Source of the DNA: Macrostomum lignano
Lineage: Eukaryota
Length of the DNA stretch: 64,000 bases
Reading direction: 5' to 3'
Assembly (NCBI GenBank): GCA_002269645.1
Contig: NIVC01003213.1
Span: forward strand, 1-64,000
Position 1 is the stretch's first letter, and the number at the start of each line of letters is the position of its first letter. The notes under the pieces were generated by a model. That model made no database searches. It saw only the letters and a program-made list of their open reading frames with translations, and had not been told where the DNA came from. The translations under genes were made by a program, and so were the position numbers. This document shows, one piece after another, positions 44,901-60,049 of this stretch.

Positions 44901-45128
44901 CCCCGTCTAACGGACGCTCGCTTCTCAGAGGAGGCTCGCAATTTTGTCAACCTCTGCCTGAGCAAAGACGTTAAAAAGCGACCAAAATATCGGCAGTTAC
45001 TGCAGCAGCCGTTTCTAGAACAGTGCGCCCAGGACTCCGTGGATATTGCTGCCTACTTCTGCAGCGTGCTGGATCGATCGCCCGATGAGGCTCGACTGAA
45101 TGAACTTCTGGCTGCTGTGCACTTTTAG
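41903..45128 (+). CDS. MAP2K4: Dual-specificity MAP kinase kinase 4 (MKK4/SEK1) orthologue; exons 41903-42291, 43218-43412, 44275-44548, 44883-45128
   Basis: GRGAFGSV, AVKRI, YGALFKEGDCWICMELMDTSLDKFY, HRDVKPSNIL, DFG, and the activation loop LVDSIAKTRDAGCRPYMAPERI (SIAKT is diagnostic for MKK4). GT-AG junctions join in frame. Confidence 0.95.
42292..43137. repeat. ~20-bp minisatellite (gagtgactgagtgagatttg) filling MKK4 intron 1
   Basis: Direct reading. Confidence 0.93.
43520..44165. repeat. ~18-bp minisatellite (gatcccattgtaatccct) in MKK4 intron 2
   Basis: Direct reading. Confidence 0.93.
44605..44880. repeat. ~33-35-bp minisatellite (caacccacctgtacagtacagagaatcagcccct) in MKK4 intron 3
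   Basis: Direct reading. Confidence 0.9.
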
Positions 45129-46619
45129 CTCTGTATGATGCTTGTATGAGTTTGTCTTTGCTCAGTGTGTTTTAATAGTAATAGGCTTGCTGTGCTCTGA
45201 TTGGTCAGGGGTTAGATTACTCTGCTATTCTCTGATTGGTCAGAAGTTGTATGATAACAAACTGCTATGCTCTGATTGGTCAGGAGTTTTTAATGACTTA
45301 GTAACTTACCTGCTTTTTTCGTGAAGATCTTTGTTTTTAATTTTGCCTGTCGATCTCAATGATTTATGATTAATAAAATTCAAGTTCTCAATCGCACTAT
45401 TCTATTCAGATCAAGTCTGTCAATGTTAATTTTGGTTCCTGCATCAGCTGTGAGTTAATACTGCTCACTCAAGTCTGTGATTATTTTTCTCTGTTGAAAT
45501 TACTTAATTCTCATTGGTTCTCGGTAGCTGTGTCTTGTTACTGCTTTACTAATGCTATTTTATCATATCAGTAATAATGATAAGGAAGTGAGATTGACTT
45601 TTTACTCATTTTTTCTGAGCAGAGAGTCTCTTGAATTACAATTCTATTGCAAAGTAGATTAAGGTATTACGAAAGTTTGTTGTTAGGTCGTTTTTAGTAT
45701 TAGTGGTAGATCGGTGTCATTTTTTCTGTTGTTGTTACATAAGTATGTAAAAATTCATTATATATTTTTATATAATTTTCTGTGTTATTTTTTTCATTGA
45801 TTTTGTACCTGTATATACTGCACTGGTAAGTAAATATGAGTTATTAAAAAATGTCATATTTATACTTGAAATTTGTCAAGTTTCCAATGAGATAAATAAA
45901 GTTCTCAGAGTCATTTTTGATAATTAATAATACGATGTTTTTGTTGTTGTTTTATTTGATTTGCAGAACTGGACCTCAAGTGTCACCTGCCAAATACTTT
46001 ATTAATAATTATTTATGCATACTGCTTACTAGTAGAAAATAATATTGCTTGGAATATTGGCTACTGTATATAATGTGCTCAAATATAAATATCTTTGTTT
46101 TTTTCAAGCAGTTTCTAAATGTATAAGCTTGTCAATTTTATATTTATTCATACAAGAAAGGGGTTTGTTAAATCTAGGGAAATATATATATATAGTTTTA
46201 GTAATGATTTGATTACTAGTGACACAATCTGTGCACCCTTGTGACTGTCTTTACTTCATTTTATTGCTTGAATTTTTAAGGCGTATCATCAAAAAGGCGC
46301 TATGAGTCAGCCATTTTTACTAAACAAGTTTCTCTCTGAGAGAATGAGTCACAGCAGCGACCTCGCCGAGTTGACTTGAAAAAAGATAGCTGCCTATTCG
46401 CGTATGTGTGTGTGTCTGTGTGTGTGTCTGTGTGGGCGTTGCTGTTTGTAGGGTAAGGGCCAACAAGTATGTACTCTGTTTTATCTAATTAATAAAAATA
46501 ATCATTTATTATTTTTTCTATTCGTCCTTTTATTTGCCTGATTATTTCTGTCAGGTAACCTTTGTCAGGCTCTTTAACATCTTTACACTCAGAAGTTCAT
46601 CCTCTGTTCTGATGCCTGA

Positions 46620-48118
46620 TTTCTTAATCCCGTATCCTGATCCCTGATCTCCTCATCCCGTATCCTGATCCCTGATCTCCTCATCCCGTATCCTGATCCC
46701 TGATCTCCTCATCCCGTATCCTGATCCCTGATCTCCTCATCCCGTATCCTGATCCCTGATCTCCTCATCCCGTATCCTGATCCCTGATCTCCTCATCCCA
46801 TATCCTGATCCCTGATCTCCTCATCCCATATCCTGATCCCTGATCTCTTAATCCCCTATCCTGATCCCTGATCTCTTAATCCCCTATCCTGATCCCTGGT
46901 CTCTTAATCCCCTATCCTGATCCCTGATATCTTAATCCCCTATCCTGATCCCTGATATCTTAATCCCCTATCCTGATCCCTGATCTCTTAATCCCATATC
47001 CTGATCCCTGATCTCTTAATCCCCTATCCTGATCCCTGGTCTCTTAATCCCCTATCCTGATCCATGATATCTTAATCCCCTATCCTGATCCCTGATCTCC
47101 TCATCCCATATCCTGATCCCTGATCTCTTAATCCCCTATCCTGATCCCTGATCTCTTAATCCCATATCCTGATCCCTGATCTCTTAATCCCCTATCCTGA
47201 TCCCTGGTCTCTTAATCCCCTATCCTGATCCCTGATATCTTAATCCCCTATCCTGATCCCTGATCTCTTAATCCCATATCCTGATCCCTGATCTCTTAAT
47301 CCCCTATCCTGATCCCTGGTCTCTTAATCCCCTATCCTGATCCCTGATATCTTAATCCCCTATCCTGATCCCTGATCTCCTCATCCCATATCCTGATCCC
47401 TGATCTCTTAATCCCCTATCCTGATCCCTGGTCTCTTAATCCCCTATCCTGATCCCTGATATCTTAATCCCCTATCCTGATCCCTGATCTCCTCATCCCA
47501 TATCCTGATCCCTGATCTCTTAATCCCCTATCCTGATCCCTGATCTCTTAATCCCATATCCTGATCCCTGATCTCTTAATCCCCTATCCTGATCCCTGGT
47601 CTCTTAATCCCCTATCCTGATCCCTGATATCTTAATCCCCTATCCTGATCCCTGATCTCTTAATCCCATATCCTGATCCCTGATCTCTTAATCCCCTATC
47701 CTGATCCCTGGTCTCTTAATCCCCTATCCTGATCCCTGATATCTTAATCCCCTATCCTGATCCCTGATCTCCTCATCCCATATCCTGATCCCTGATCTCT
47801 TAATCCCCTATCCTGATCCCTGGTCTCTTAATCCCCTATCCTGATCCCTGATATCTTAATCCCCTATCCTGATCCCTGATCTCCTCATCCCATATCCTGA
47901 TCCCTGATCTCTTAATCCCCTATCCTGATCCCTGGTCTCTTAATCCCCTATCCTGATCCCTGATATCTTAATCCCATATCCTGATCCCTGATCTCTTAAT
48001 CCCCTATCCTGATCCCTGATATCTTAATCCCCTATCCTGATCCCTGATCTCTTAATCCCCTATCCTGATCCCTGATTTCTTAATCCCCTATCCTGATCCT
48101 TGATCTCTTAATCCCCTC
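46620..48118. repeat. 28-bp intergenic minisatellite (atcctgatccctgatctcttaatcccct), ~1.5 kb
   Basis: Direct reading, with variant units in higher-order patterns. Confidence 0.95.
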
Positions 48119-48165
48119 ATTGTAAATTAGGATTCCACTTCCTCTGCCTTCGCATTCCTGCGCCT

Positions 48166-51179
<3,014 letters not shown>

Positions 51180-51726
51180 AGAGGCTCGATATAAACCGGC
51201 TCCACCAACTTTCAATTCTGATGGTACACCCGTAAAAGCTTAAAAGAATCTGTGAATCTGTGTGTACAGCTTGTCATTTGTTTAAATCGTCAACTTGAAC
51301 TCTTGCTTTTTCCTTATCTATAGATATTGTCTTCATATTTATTATAGTCAGTGTAGTTGTTTTTATTATTCCTCTTTATAGGATATAATTTTTTACTAGC
51401 ACTGTGAAGGCTTTAAGCTAAAGTTGTAAAATACATCGACGCAAAGTTCAACGCAGTTCAGCTTTTTCTTATAATATTTTTCTTACTCTTATTGTCTACC
51501 GAAAACATGCTCTTACTTTACTACTTACAAGTAGGACTGTTTGACTGAAGTCGCAATATTTGTGCACCGACTGCGGTTATTAATTCGTTTTATTCTTTCA
51601 AGAAATAGATAGACTTTTGACACTGTAAGTAGTGCAATTCTGTGTCTTTTTTATGCTGATGTAACGAAAACGACAGTTTGATAATGACGAATTTGTTTGT
51701 CTTTATTGATAACTTAGAGAAATTAG

Positions 51727-51764
51727 CAGACAGACAGACGGACAGACAGACAGATAGACAGACC

Positions 51765-51810
<46 letters not shown>

Positions 51811-51820
51811 TAGACAGACC

Positions 51821-51918
<98 letters not shown>

Positions 51919-51960
51919 TAGACAGACAGACCGCAGAAAGACAGACGGACAGGCAAACAT

Positions 51961-52002
<42 letters not shown>

Positions 52003-52031
52003 CGCAGAAAGACAGACGGACAGGCAAACAT

Positions 52032-52073
<42 letters not shown>

Positions 52074-52169
52074 CGCAGAAAGACAGACGGACAGGCAAAC
52101 ATACAGACAGACAGACAGACAGACAGACAGATAGACAGACCGCAGAAAGACAGACGGACAGGCAAACAT

Positions 52170-52207
<38 letters not shown>

Positions 52208-52236
52208 CGCAGAAAGACAGACGGACAGGCAAACAT

Positions 52237-52274
<38 letters not shown>

Positions 52275-52303
52275 CGCAGAAAGACAGACGGACAGGCAAA
52301 CAT

Positions 52304-52353
<50 letters not shown>

Positions 52354-52382
52354 CGCAGAAAGACAGACGGACAGGCAAACAT

Positions 52383-52416
<34 letters not shown>

Positions 52417-52445
52417 CGCAGAAAGACAGACGGACAGGCAAACAT

Positions 52446-52495
<50 letters not shown>

Positions 52496-52517
52496 CGCAG
52501 AAAGACAGACGGACAGG

Positions 52518-52570
<53 letters not shown>

Positions 52571-52703
52571 CGCAGAAAGACAGACGGACAGGCAAACATA
52601 CAGACAGACAGGCAAACATACAGACAGAACAGACAGACAGGCAGACAGACAGACAGACAGATAGACAGGCAGACAGACAGACAGACAGGCAGACAGACAG
52701 ACA
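51727..52703. repeat. (GACA)n microsatellite with an embedded higher-order unit (gaccgcagaaagacagacggacaggcaaacataca)
   Basis: Direct reading. It lies between the convergent TMUB and MCT genes. Confidence 0.96.
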
Positions 52704-53010
52704 GCCTGAACAAAAACGTGAGCCTATCTATTCTAATAAGTGCATGTAGAAAAAAGTTTTCAGCATGCTTTTAACGGTTTAACTGTCGATGCCTCTAAAT
52801 CTAAGTGAGCAAATTGCACCCCTCATCTTATAAACATTGTATTTCTATGTTTAGAAGTTCATATACATATAGAAGAGCGCTCGACAAACTTTGCTTTCGC
52901 TCAGCTATCTAGTTGAGGCATTTATAAATATTTGATCAATAGGTCTTATAAAATAAATGGCGAGATTTACTAGGGCAGAAATATCCTGAGTCAACATTTT
53001 CTGGGTTCGG

Positions 53011-56000
53011 TCAGGCGCTAGTATTCAGCTCAACTAAGGTTGAGTCGATCAGAGGGACGCCTCCATCAACGGCTGCTGCGGCGGCGGCTGTGGCTTTAGC
53101 TGCTGTTGCTGCTTCCGCGGTGGCGCGTTGCTGTTTGACCAGCCATGGCAACGGCATGGCAATGAAACTGCCGATTAGCATGAAGGCGGCGGCCGTCAGG
53201 TAGGAGGCGTCGAACGAACGGGTGGCATCAAAAATGGCTCCTGTTGATACAGGTGTTAGCGGTGGGTATCTTATTGTTCGCTTCGCTTGCCAGGTACCTA
53301 AGGTAGCGACACTGGCCTGGCCTACTCAAAATATTACAGAACACAAGTTTTTAGTCTCATCCATATTTTTATTTCCACACAGCAGACGCGCTCATAGATG
53401 AGTTTCTGTGCAACACACCTTCCCACACAAGTTTGCATAAATTCTGTGAACCGATATTGGTACCCTAATCTAAATTGCCTGTAGGTCAGACAATTAAATG
53501 TAGTTGCACCTGTTAATGGAGGTCCCAGCACAACGCCGACAGACTGACAGAGCAGAGTAACGCCGTATGAGTAGCTCAGATTCTCCGGTCCCAGCAGGTG
53601 AGCGCAAACGGCAGGTGTAACAGAAATGAATCCACCTGTACACGTAAGGTTAAGTAGAGAGATGAGCAGCATATGTACACAATGTATGCATTATTACACA
53701 GGTACACATCAATTGGTTCTAGTGGCATCCAAGGACTTCTAGACTAGTAGACTACTAGACTAGACTAGTTAGTCTAGAAGTCCTTGGTGGCATCACTTTC
53801 AGATCCCACTGACTGAAGAGTCAAACGACGGGAGAACTGTTGTTAATGTTAATTTTTTATTGGCTCAAGCCAGAATAGCTTGGGGTTGCCCCTCTGACCC
53901 TCAATCTAAAGTAAAACCCATTACTACTGTATTGACAGTGCTCAAAGCTGACCGCTAACTGACTAGCTAACAAGGAAGACGAATTTATTATTTTTCATTA
54001 TTAGAGGCAGGGGGCTGTCTGCGCCCTGGCGCAATTCAAGCGACATTGTCACGTACACCACCTGCAAGAGGCATTACTGCCCATTCCGCCGACTCCCATG
54101 AGCAGGTACATACGAGTAATTAAGCAGGCACACACTCGCACAAGAGTGTACAGCGGCCCCGACTTTATTTATCGTTAGGCATGTACACTTCACTGTGCCT
54201 TTGGGGGGGGGTGGCCTTCAAAGCCGTTAACTGCACGAGCAGAGCCAAGCCCTCAGACCCTAAGCTCGATGAGAATTGCAAACTCACCAATAAACAGCCC
54301 ATAGGCCACGCCGTGTGCCACCATAACTACGTAGGACTCGGACAGCACGGCTCCCAGTGCAGCTAGCCCAGCGCCAAGCATCGTGACGCCCTGCATCGCG
54401 GTCTTGTCAACGGCGCACTTGCACCTGGCCAGTCGGTCTAGCACAAATCCAAAGCCAAATCTACCAGCTACATTGGACGCGCCCATGATTGAGATGAGCA
54501 GAGCCGCCAACAGGCCCGAGTGTCCGGCTTTCCTAGCCCTGTCCGGGGCGTACAGAAATGGCGTATCGAAGCCGAAATCGAACACCAGTTGGGACAGTAG
54601 GAACAGTTGGAAATTCCTGTCGCTTAGCAGCGTCTTCAGCCTCGATAGATGGTCTGAAGAGGATTTATTTTCTGCTGATGCTGACGATGCTGCTTCTGTT
54701 GCTGCTCTTGGTCTTTTTGGCAGCGGTCTCATCAGACTAGCGAACACGACACCATTGAGCATGATGCCAGCTAGGACAAGCAGTGCTCCGCGCCATGAGT
54801 ATACGTCCATTAGGTACTCCATGAGAGGGCCGAGTGCAAACATACCTTAAATATGTGTTGCGAGTCAGTTTGAGCAACCCGAATTCTCCACTAGATCCCT
54901 CCATCCCTTAACTCTCTCCGATCCTCTGAAAACACTATGCACTCTCGGGCCCTTTACCTCTGCTTGAGTTGCACGCTCAAGGGACAAGTGTCGCTTATCA
55001 CATTGTTGACTAACCAGCAGAATATCTGACTACACATCAGTAGTTTACTACCAGCTACTCTAAAACCATCTTCGTACAGTGGACTGTCTGATCCCACACC
55101 CTGGTGTGCATGCATAGCTTCTTTAGCTTACCAAGTCCAGAGCCACCAAACGCGATACCCATTGCTGTAGAGCGACGCTTGTCAAAGTATAAGCCAACAA
55201 TGACCATTGATGGTAAGTACATCAGGCTAGTGCCGATGCCTGTTCATGTATGTTATAAGAAAATCTGTTATTGAATAAATGAATGTTAAAAGGGCTCGTA
55301 GTTACTCGTAATATTCATTTGTTAGCAGTTTTATTCTTTATGTGCGCATGCATGTACATGTACGTACGTACTGCTACTTAATTCACGCGTCCTACAGACG
55401 GCATTTTTCTAAAAGGTTTCTGCATTTAACCTAAGGGCCAGGTATAGAATCTAGCGAAAGACTGCAAGCCAAAGAGAGAAGAGGGGAGATTAGAGAGGAA
55501 GAGAGAAGCGAGATGAGAGAGGAGAGAGGGAGGGAAGAGGAGAGAGGGATTGAAAGGGGAGAGAGGATCGAGGAGAGGGGAGAGAGGGGTTGAAAGGCTA
55601 GAGAGGATCGAGGAGAGGGGAGAGGGGTTGAAAGGCTAGAGAGGATCGAGGAGAGGGGAGAGAGGGGTTGAAAGGGGAGAGAGGATCGAGGAGAGGGGAG
55701 AGAGGGGTTGAAAGGCTAGAGAGGATCGAGGAGAGGGGAGAGAGGGGTTGAAAGGCTAGAGAGGATCGAGGAGAGGGGAGAGAGGGAAGAGAGGAGAGGA
55801 GAGAGGGAGTGGAGAGGAGAGAGAAGAGAGAGAAGAGGCGAGAGGAAGAGAGGGAAGATGAGAGAGGATAATTAAAAAAATAGGAGAGCTGAAAGGAGAC
55901 AAAAACCTTGAGCGTGCCGGATTGCTATTCTGATGTTTCAAAAGGCCCGAAGAACTGAGAGAGGCTTGGCGGGCCGTATGTGGCCTGACCTACAAGGACC

Positions 56001-56578
56001 TCGTAAAAAGTCTCTTTGACTCCTAGCTACGTGCTAGCAGGTTTTGGGCCTTTGTAAGCCTTGCTACGTGCTAAGTTACTACCGAAGACGAATTTAAGTG
56101 AACCCTTAGTTACTACCAGGCCCGTTAAATTTCTCACAGCCAACTTGCCCGTGATCACTCCGATGCTGATGAGAAGAACCCACGGTTTGAAAGCAAAATA
56201 AGACAGCGCCAGGCCTGCAGCAGCAACGCAGGCTCCGACCATTGTCACTGGCCGATCGCCGAACCGTCTACTAACTAAACTGACTAGAGGCGACCCGCCG
56301 AGCTTGATGCCCGTCAGCACCGAGGATGTCCAACCATTTAACTGTCTGGAGACGCCCATCGCCTCGTCCAGGGCTAGCTCGGCCGCGATGACGCCGTAAG
56401 AGAAAGTAAAGCCGTCCATGAGTACGTGGATGAAGAAGCTGCTGAACACTACAACCCAGCCCCAGCCGCCGTCAGGGGCTTTGTAGGCGACGCCGCATTC
56501 ATTCGCAGAATTAATCTCGCTGTCTTGTTCACTTAACGGTGTCACTTCTTCCCGTTCCAGTGAAGTTTCTTCTGGCAT
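53011..56578 (-). CDS. Monocarboxylate transporter-like MFS protein (SLC16A family); exons 56578-56149, 55239-55132, 54845-54288, 53635-53510, 53240-53011
   Basis: APDGGWGWVVV signature, FGDRPV, GVITGIGTSLMYLPSMVIVGLYFDKRRSTAMGIA, GRFGFGFVLD, GPPLTGAIFD. All joins are phase 1 and in frame. Confidence 0.92.
55480..55870. repeat. Purine-rich (GA) repeat with a ~32-bp unit in MCT intron 1
   Basis: gagaggatcgaggagaggggagagaggggttgaaag-type units. Confidence 0.85.
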
Positions 56579-58170
56579 GATTTACTTTGATCTAAATAGA
56601 TCTAGGGCGAAAATTTAAGCAATGGCGGTTCTCAGTCACACGCTATAATGAGCTGCACAGGCTGCACAGCTAGGGGTCTATTGTTTATAACTCCATCTAC
56701 GAAGCTGTCTGTGTTCTGAAACTGCAGAGCTTTTATAAGGCCGGCCTTGCCTGCGTAGCGCTACTGTACAATGCGTTTTTTGCGCTCTGCGTACGTACAA
56801 TTGCTGTTCTTTTTCTCTTGCTTTTTCTCTGCCCTATGCAGTTTTATAGATGCACTTTGCTAAACGGCATTTGAACTGCCATTTTTATGTATTCCATCAG
56901 CTGAGCTTACCAATCAAGTAATCTAAATCCGTAGCTTAGGAAGCTGTCACCTGACCTGAAACCTGATCGATGGGGCAGTCTTGTCATACTCATGCCTCAT
57001 TTATATAGCGATCCACACGAATTGGAACGAATGTTAAGCATTCACTAACACTGCTCATATGGGGTGCACAATATGTTAAATGTGCATGAACAAGTGGTCC
57101 AATTATTTTGCTATCAAGCTCACTTATTGTTACTTCTATAGGTGACGTGACTTTCATTTCATTAGGAATGAAAAGTGGGTAATGCGCACAGACGCGTCTA
57201 TTGGGAAGGATATGATATCTCGGGTCATCTGAAAACCGGTCAGGACTCTAGATCCTATAGCGAGTAAAAAAGTAAAAAGTACATTCTGTACTTTTGTGAA
57301 GGATTGTCTTGAACTGATACATACTTCTATACGAGTTACCTGCCTAATTCATTTGTGCATTATAGTTATCCAGCTAATTTTAAATCAACAGACGTTGCTT
57401 CTACAGAGAGCAAGGACAACTTAATAACACTCGTAATAATAGTCATTAAGTTGTCCATACCGCTACTGAGTCCGTCCGTCCGCAATATATAGTAAAGCTG
57501 AACGGATACCATTAACTCAAAATTTGAAAACGATCTGATTAGTAAATTAGGAATTGAGGAGTTGGAAGAATGAATGCTATTGCCGTTAAACGGTCAATTA
57601 AAAGTTGTTCGGTTTCTGCTGCTCAGTGGATCGAAATCGTTAGTTTTTAATTGGCTTGACTTTAATCGGAATTTAAAGCTAGACACTTGATTGGAGGAAG
57701 TATTTGGATGAGTCATCGCTAGTGTACACTCCGATCTGAGGGGCAATAAAACGAGGAGGGTTAGGAAAATCCCTCTTGCCCTTACGGCCAGCCAGACAGG
57801 CCCGCCCCTCTGTCCTGGCCGCCCTAAAACCCTAGGCCTTAAAGTCTTAAACCCTACCCCACATTTTCCTATAGGTTAAAAATAAAACAACCACCCCAAT
57901 CTGTCCCTCTACGAAGCGCACACCGCCACAACCCCCAACCCCCAACCCAAAATCCAATCCTGGGGTTTTCCTTCCTTTTTACGCTCGTAGTTCCTTTCCT
58001 TCTCTTGGTCCGGACTTACTATGCACATCTAGCATGCCGAGGCCCTAATAGAGTTACAAAAGGACTCATAAGTTAAGATTATAGGGTAATCTGTACCAGC
58101 AATTAAAATTGGATATTATCTTAATTACTGATAACTAATTAATTAACAGGCATTGATATTTGATAAGCCT

Positions 58171-59915
58171 ATGAATAACGAAGGCCACTCGTCTGCAGAA
58201 TCGATATTGATTCCCGTGTACAGCATAGTGCAATGCAGCAACTGTAACACGGCGCAATTGGTTCAAACAGTTTTGCGAAACGTTAACTGGACATGCTGCG
58301 CCTGCAATGCTACTTCGGTTCTGTGCAGCTCTACCTCTACTCCGCCCATCGCTAGACCCTGCCAGGTGCAGTCGCTTATTTCATACTTTCTTTTTCAAGT
58401 TTTTTTAAACTAACACAGGAAGACAAATGAATGTGACCATTAGAATCAGATAAATTAGCAAATTAGCTGATTTGTGCCCGAGATCCATAAGTCGTTGTAA
58501 CACAAATACGGCAGATGATTTAGTGAGGCTCTAAAATGTAAACTTGCATGGCCATTTGGGTTGCCTTGACGTTTAATTCGTTTTTTTAAAAATGTCATAA
58601 ATCATGCGTGACTTGGGGTTGGCATGGCACAGTATTTACTGATTGCAGATTTACCCAGATAGGTTGTACGAGTATAAACAACGTATCTTCGTTTTTAGTA
58701 GTTAGTTTGTTTTAGTAGTGATTTGTTTTAGTAGTGATTTATATGCTAGCGCCCCAAACCCCCCTAAGTCAGTGGTCAGTGCCACCCTTATAAATCCTTT
58801 CCAGTGCAATGCTTCCCTTCGAAAACACCCTGCCACCTCAGTTTCACCCCCTGAAACCCCTACCACCGTAGTGCCACCCCCTGAAACCCCTAACACCTTA
58901 GTGCCACCCCCTGAAACCCCTACCACATTAGTGCCACCCCCTGAAACCCCTACCACCTTAGTGCCACCCCCTGAAACCCCTACCACATTAGTGCCACCCC
59001 CTGAAACCCCTACCACCTTAGTGCCACCCCCTGAAACCCCTACCACCTTAGTGCCACCCCCTGAAACCCCTAACACCTTATTGCTACTTTCTGAAACCCC
59101 TATCACCTTAGTGCCACCCCCTGAAACCCTTACCACCTTAGTGCCACCCCCTGAAACCCCTAACACCTTAGTGCCACCCCCTGAAACCCCTACCACCTTA
59201 GTGCCACCCCCTGAAACCCCTACCACCTTAGTGCCACCCCTGAAACCCCTATCACCTTAGTGCCACCCCTGAAACCCCTGCCACCTCAGTGCCACCCTGT
59301 GCGTGACTGTGCGCTATACTGTGCGTGATTGCAATGCCATTGCAGACCTTTTCCACCTCGCTGTCCGTAGCTTCAATCCTGTCCAACATCGATTCCGTCA
59401 ACGTTAGCAGCATCAGTGGTGCACTGGACAGCATCCATGAGGTCCTTCAGTCGGGCGTTGGCAAACTGTACAGCCTGATTGCTCAACTAGAGACCGGAGC
59501 AGATCCTAAACTGGTCGTTGAAGCTTTTCGTAGTTACTATCGCGAGGGCCTGTTTGAAAGACTTGTTGGCCTTCTGGCTAACAACAACGATTGCTACGTA
59601 GTTGACTCGGAGAGCCATGAGGTCCCACTGAGTCTTTCGCTTTTCAATCAGCCTCAAGTTCCGGTAGCCACCACTCAGGATTTGCCTGTACCTCCGTTAG
59701 CGATTACGCAGACTTGGCGCCTGGCAACGCCAACGCCAATAGTTCAAGTTGACAAATCCGATATGACGACTACGTCCACAATCTCGATCACCAAACAGCG
59801 ACCGAAGCGTCGAAACTTGCTACCGACTTCGAGGACAAATTCCACCGCCAGCGCCAACAAGAAGCCAATAATGTCGGTGGATCTTACTGAAGAAGATGAT
59901 AGTGACTGTGAGTAA
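58171..59915 (+). CDS. Possible hypothetical gene: CxxC...CxxC exon, Pro/Thr repeat exon and a globular segment ending in a SIM-like motif (model uncertain)
   Basis: ATG ~58171 to a donor at ~58366 (cag|gtgcag); acceptor ~58804 in phase 0 with the (PPETPTTLVP)n frame; non-repetitive ORF 59325-59915. Joining all parts needs two C-run corrections and passage through a TGA at 59304. Confidence 0.3.
58845..59290. repeat. 30-bp minisatellite (ttagtgccaccccctgaaacccctaccacc)
   Basis: Direct reading; the unit length is a multiple of 3. Confidence 0.92.
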
Positions 59916-60049
59916 AGCTTGTGACTTTCAGGTATTGCATTGAAAGTGAATGTTCCTAGCATTCTAATACGAATAATGATCATATTAAAGTTATGCAGTT
60001 TTAAAGCCATGGTAAAGATTTTGACTAAAAATACTGTGCAAATGATTAA

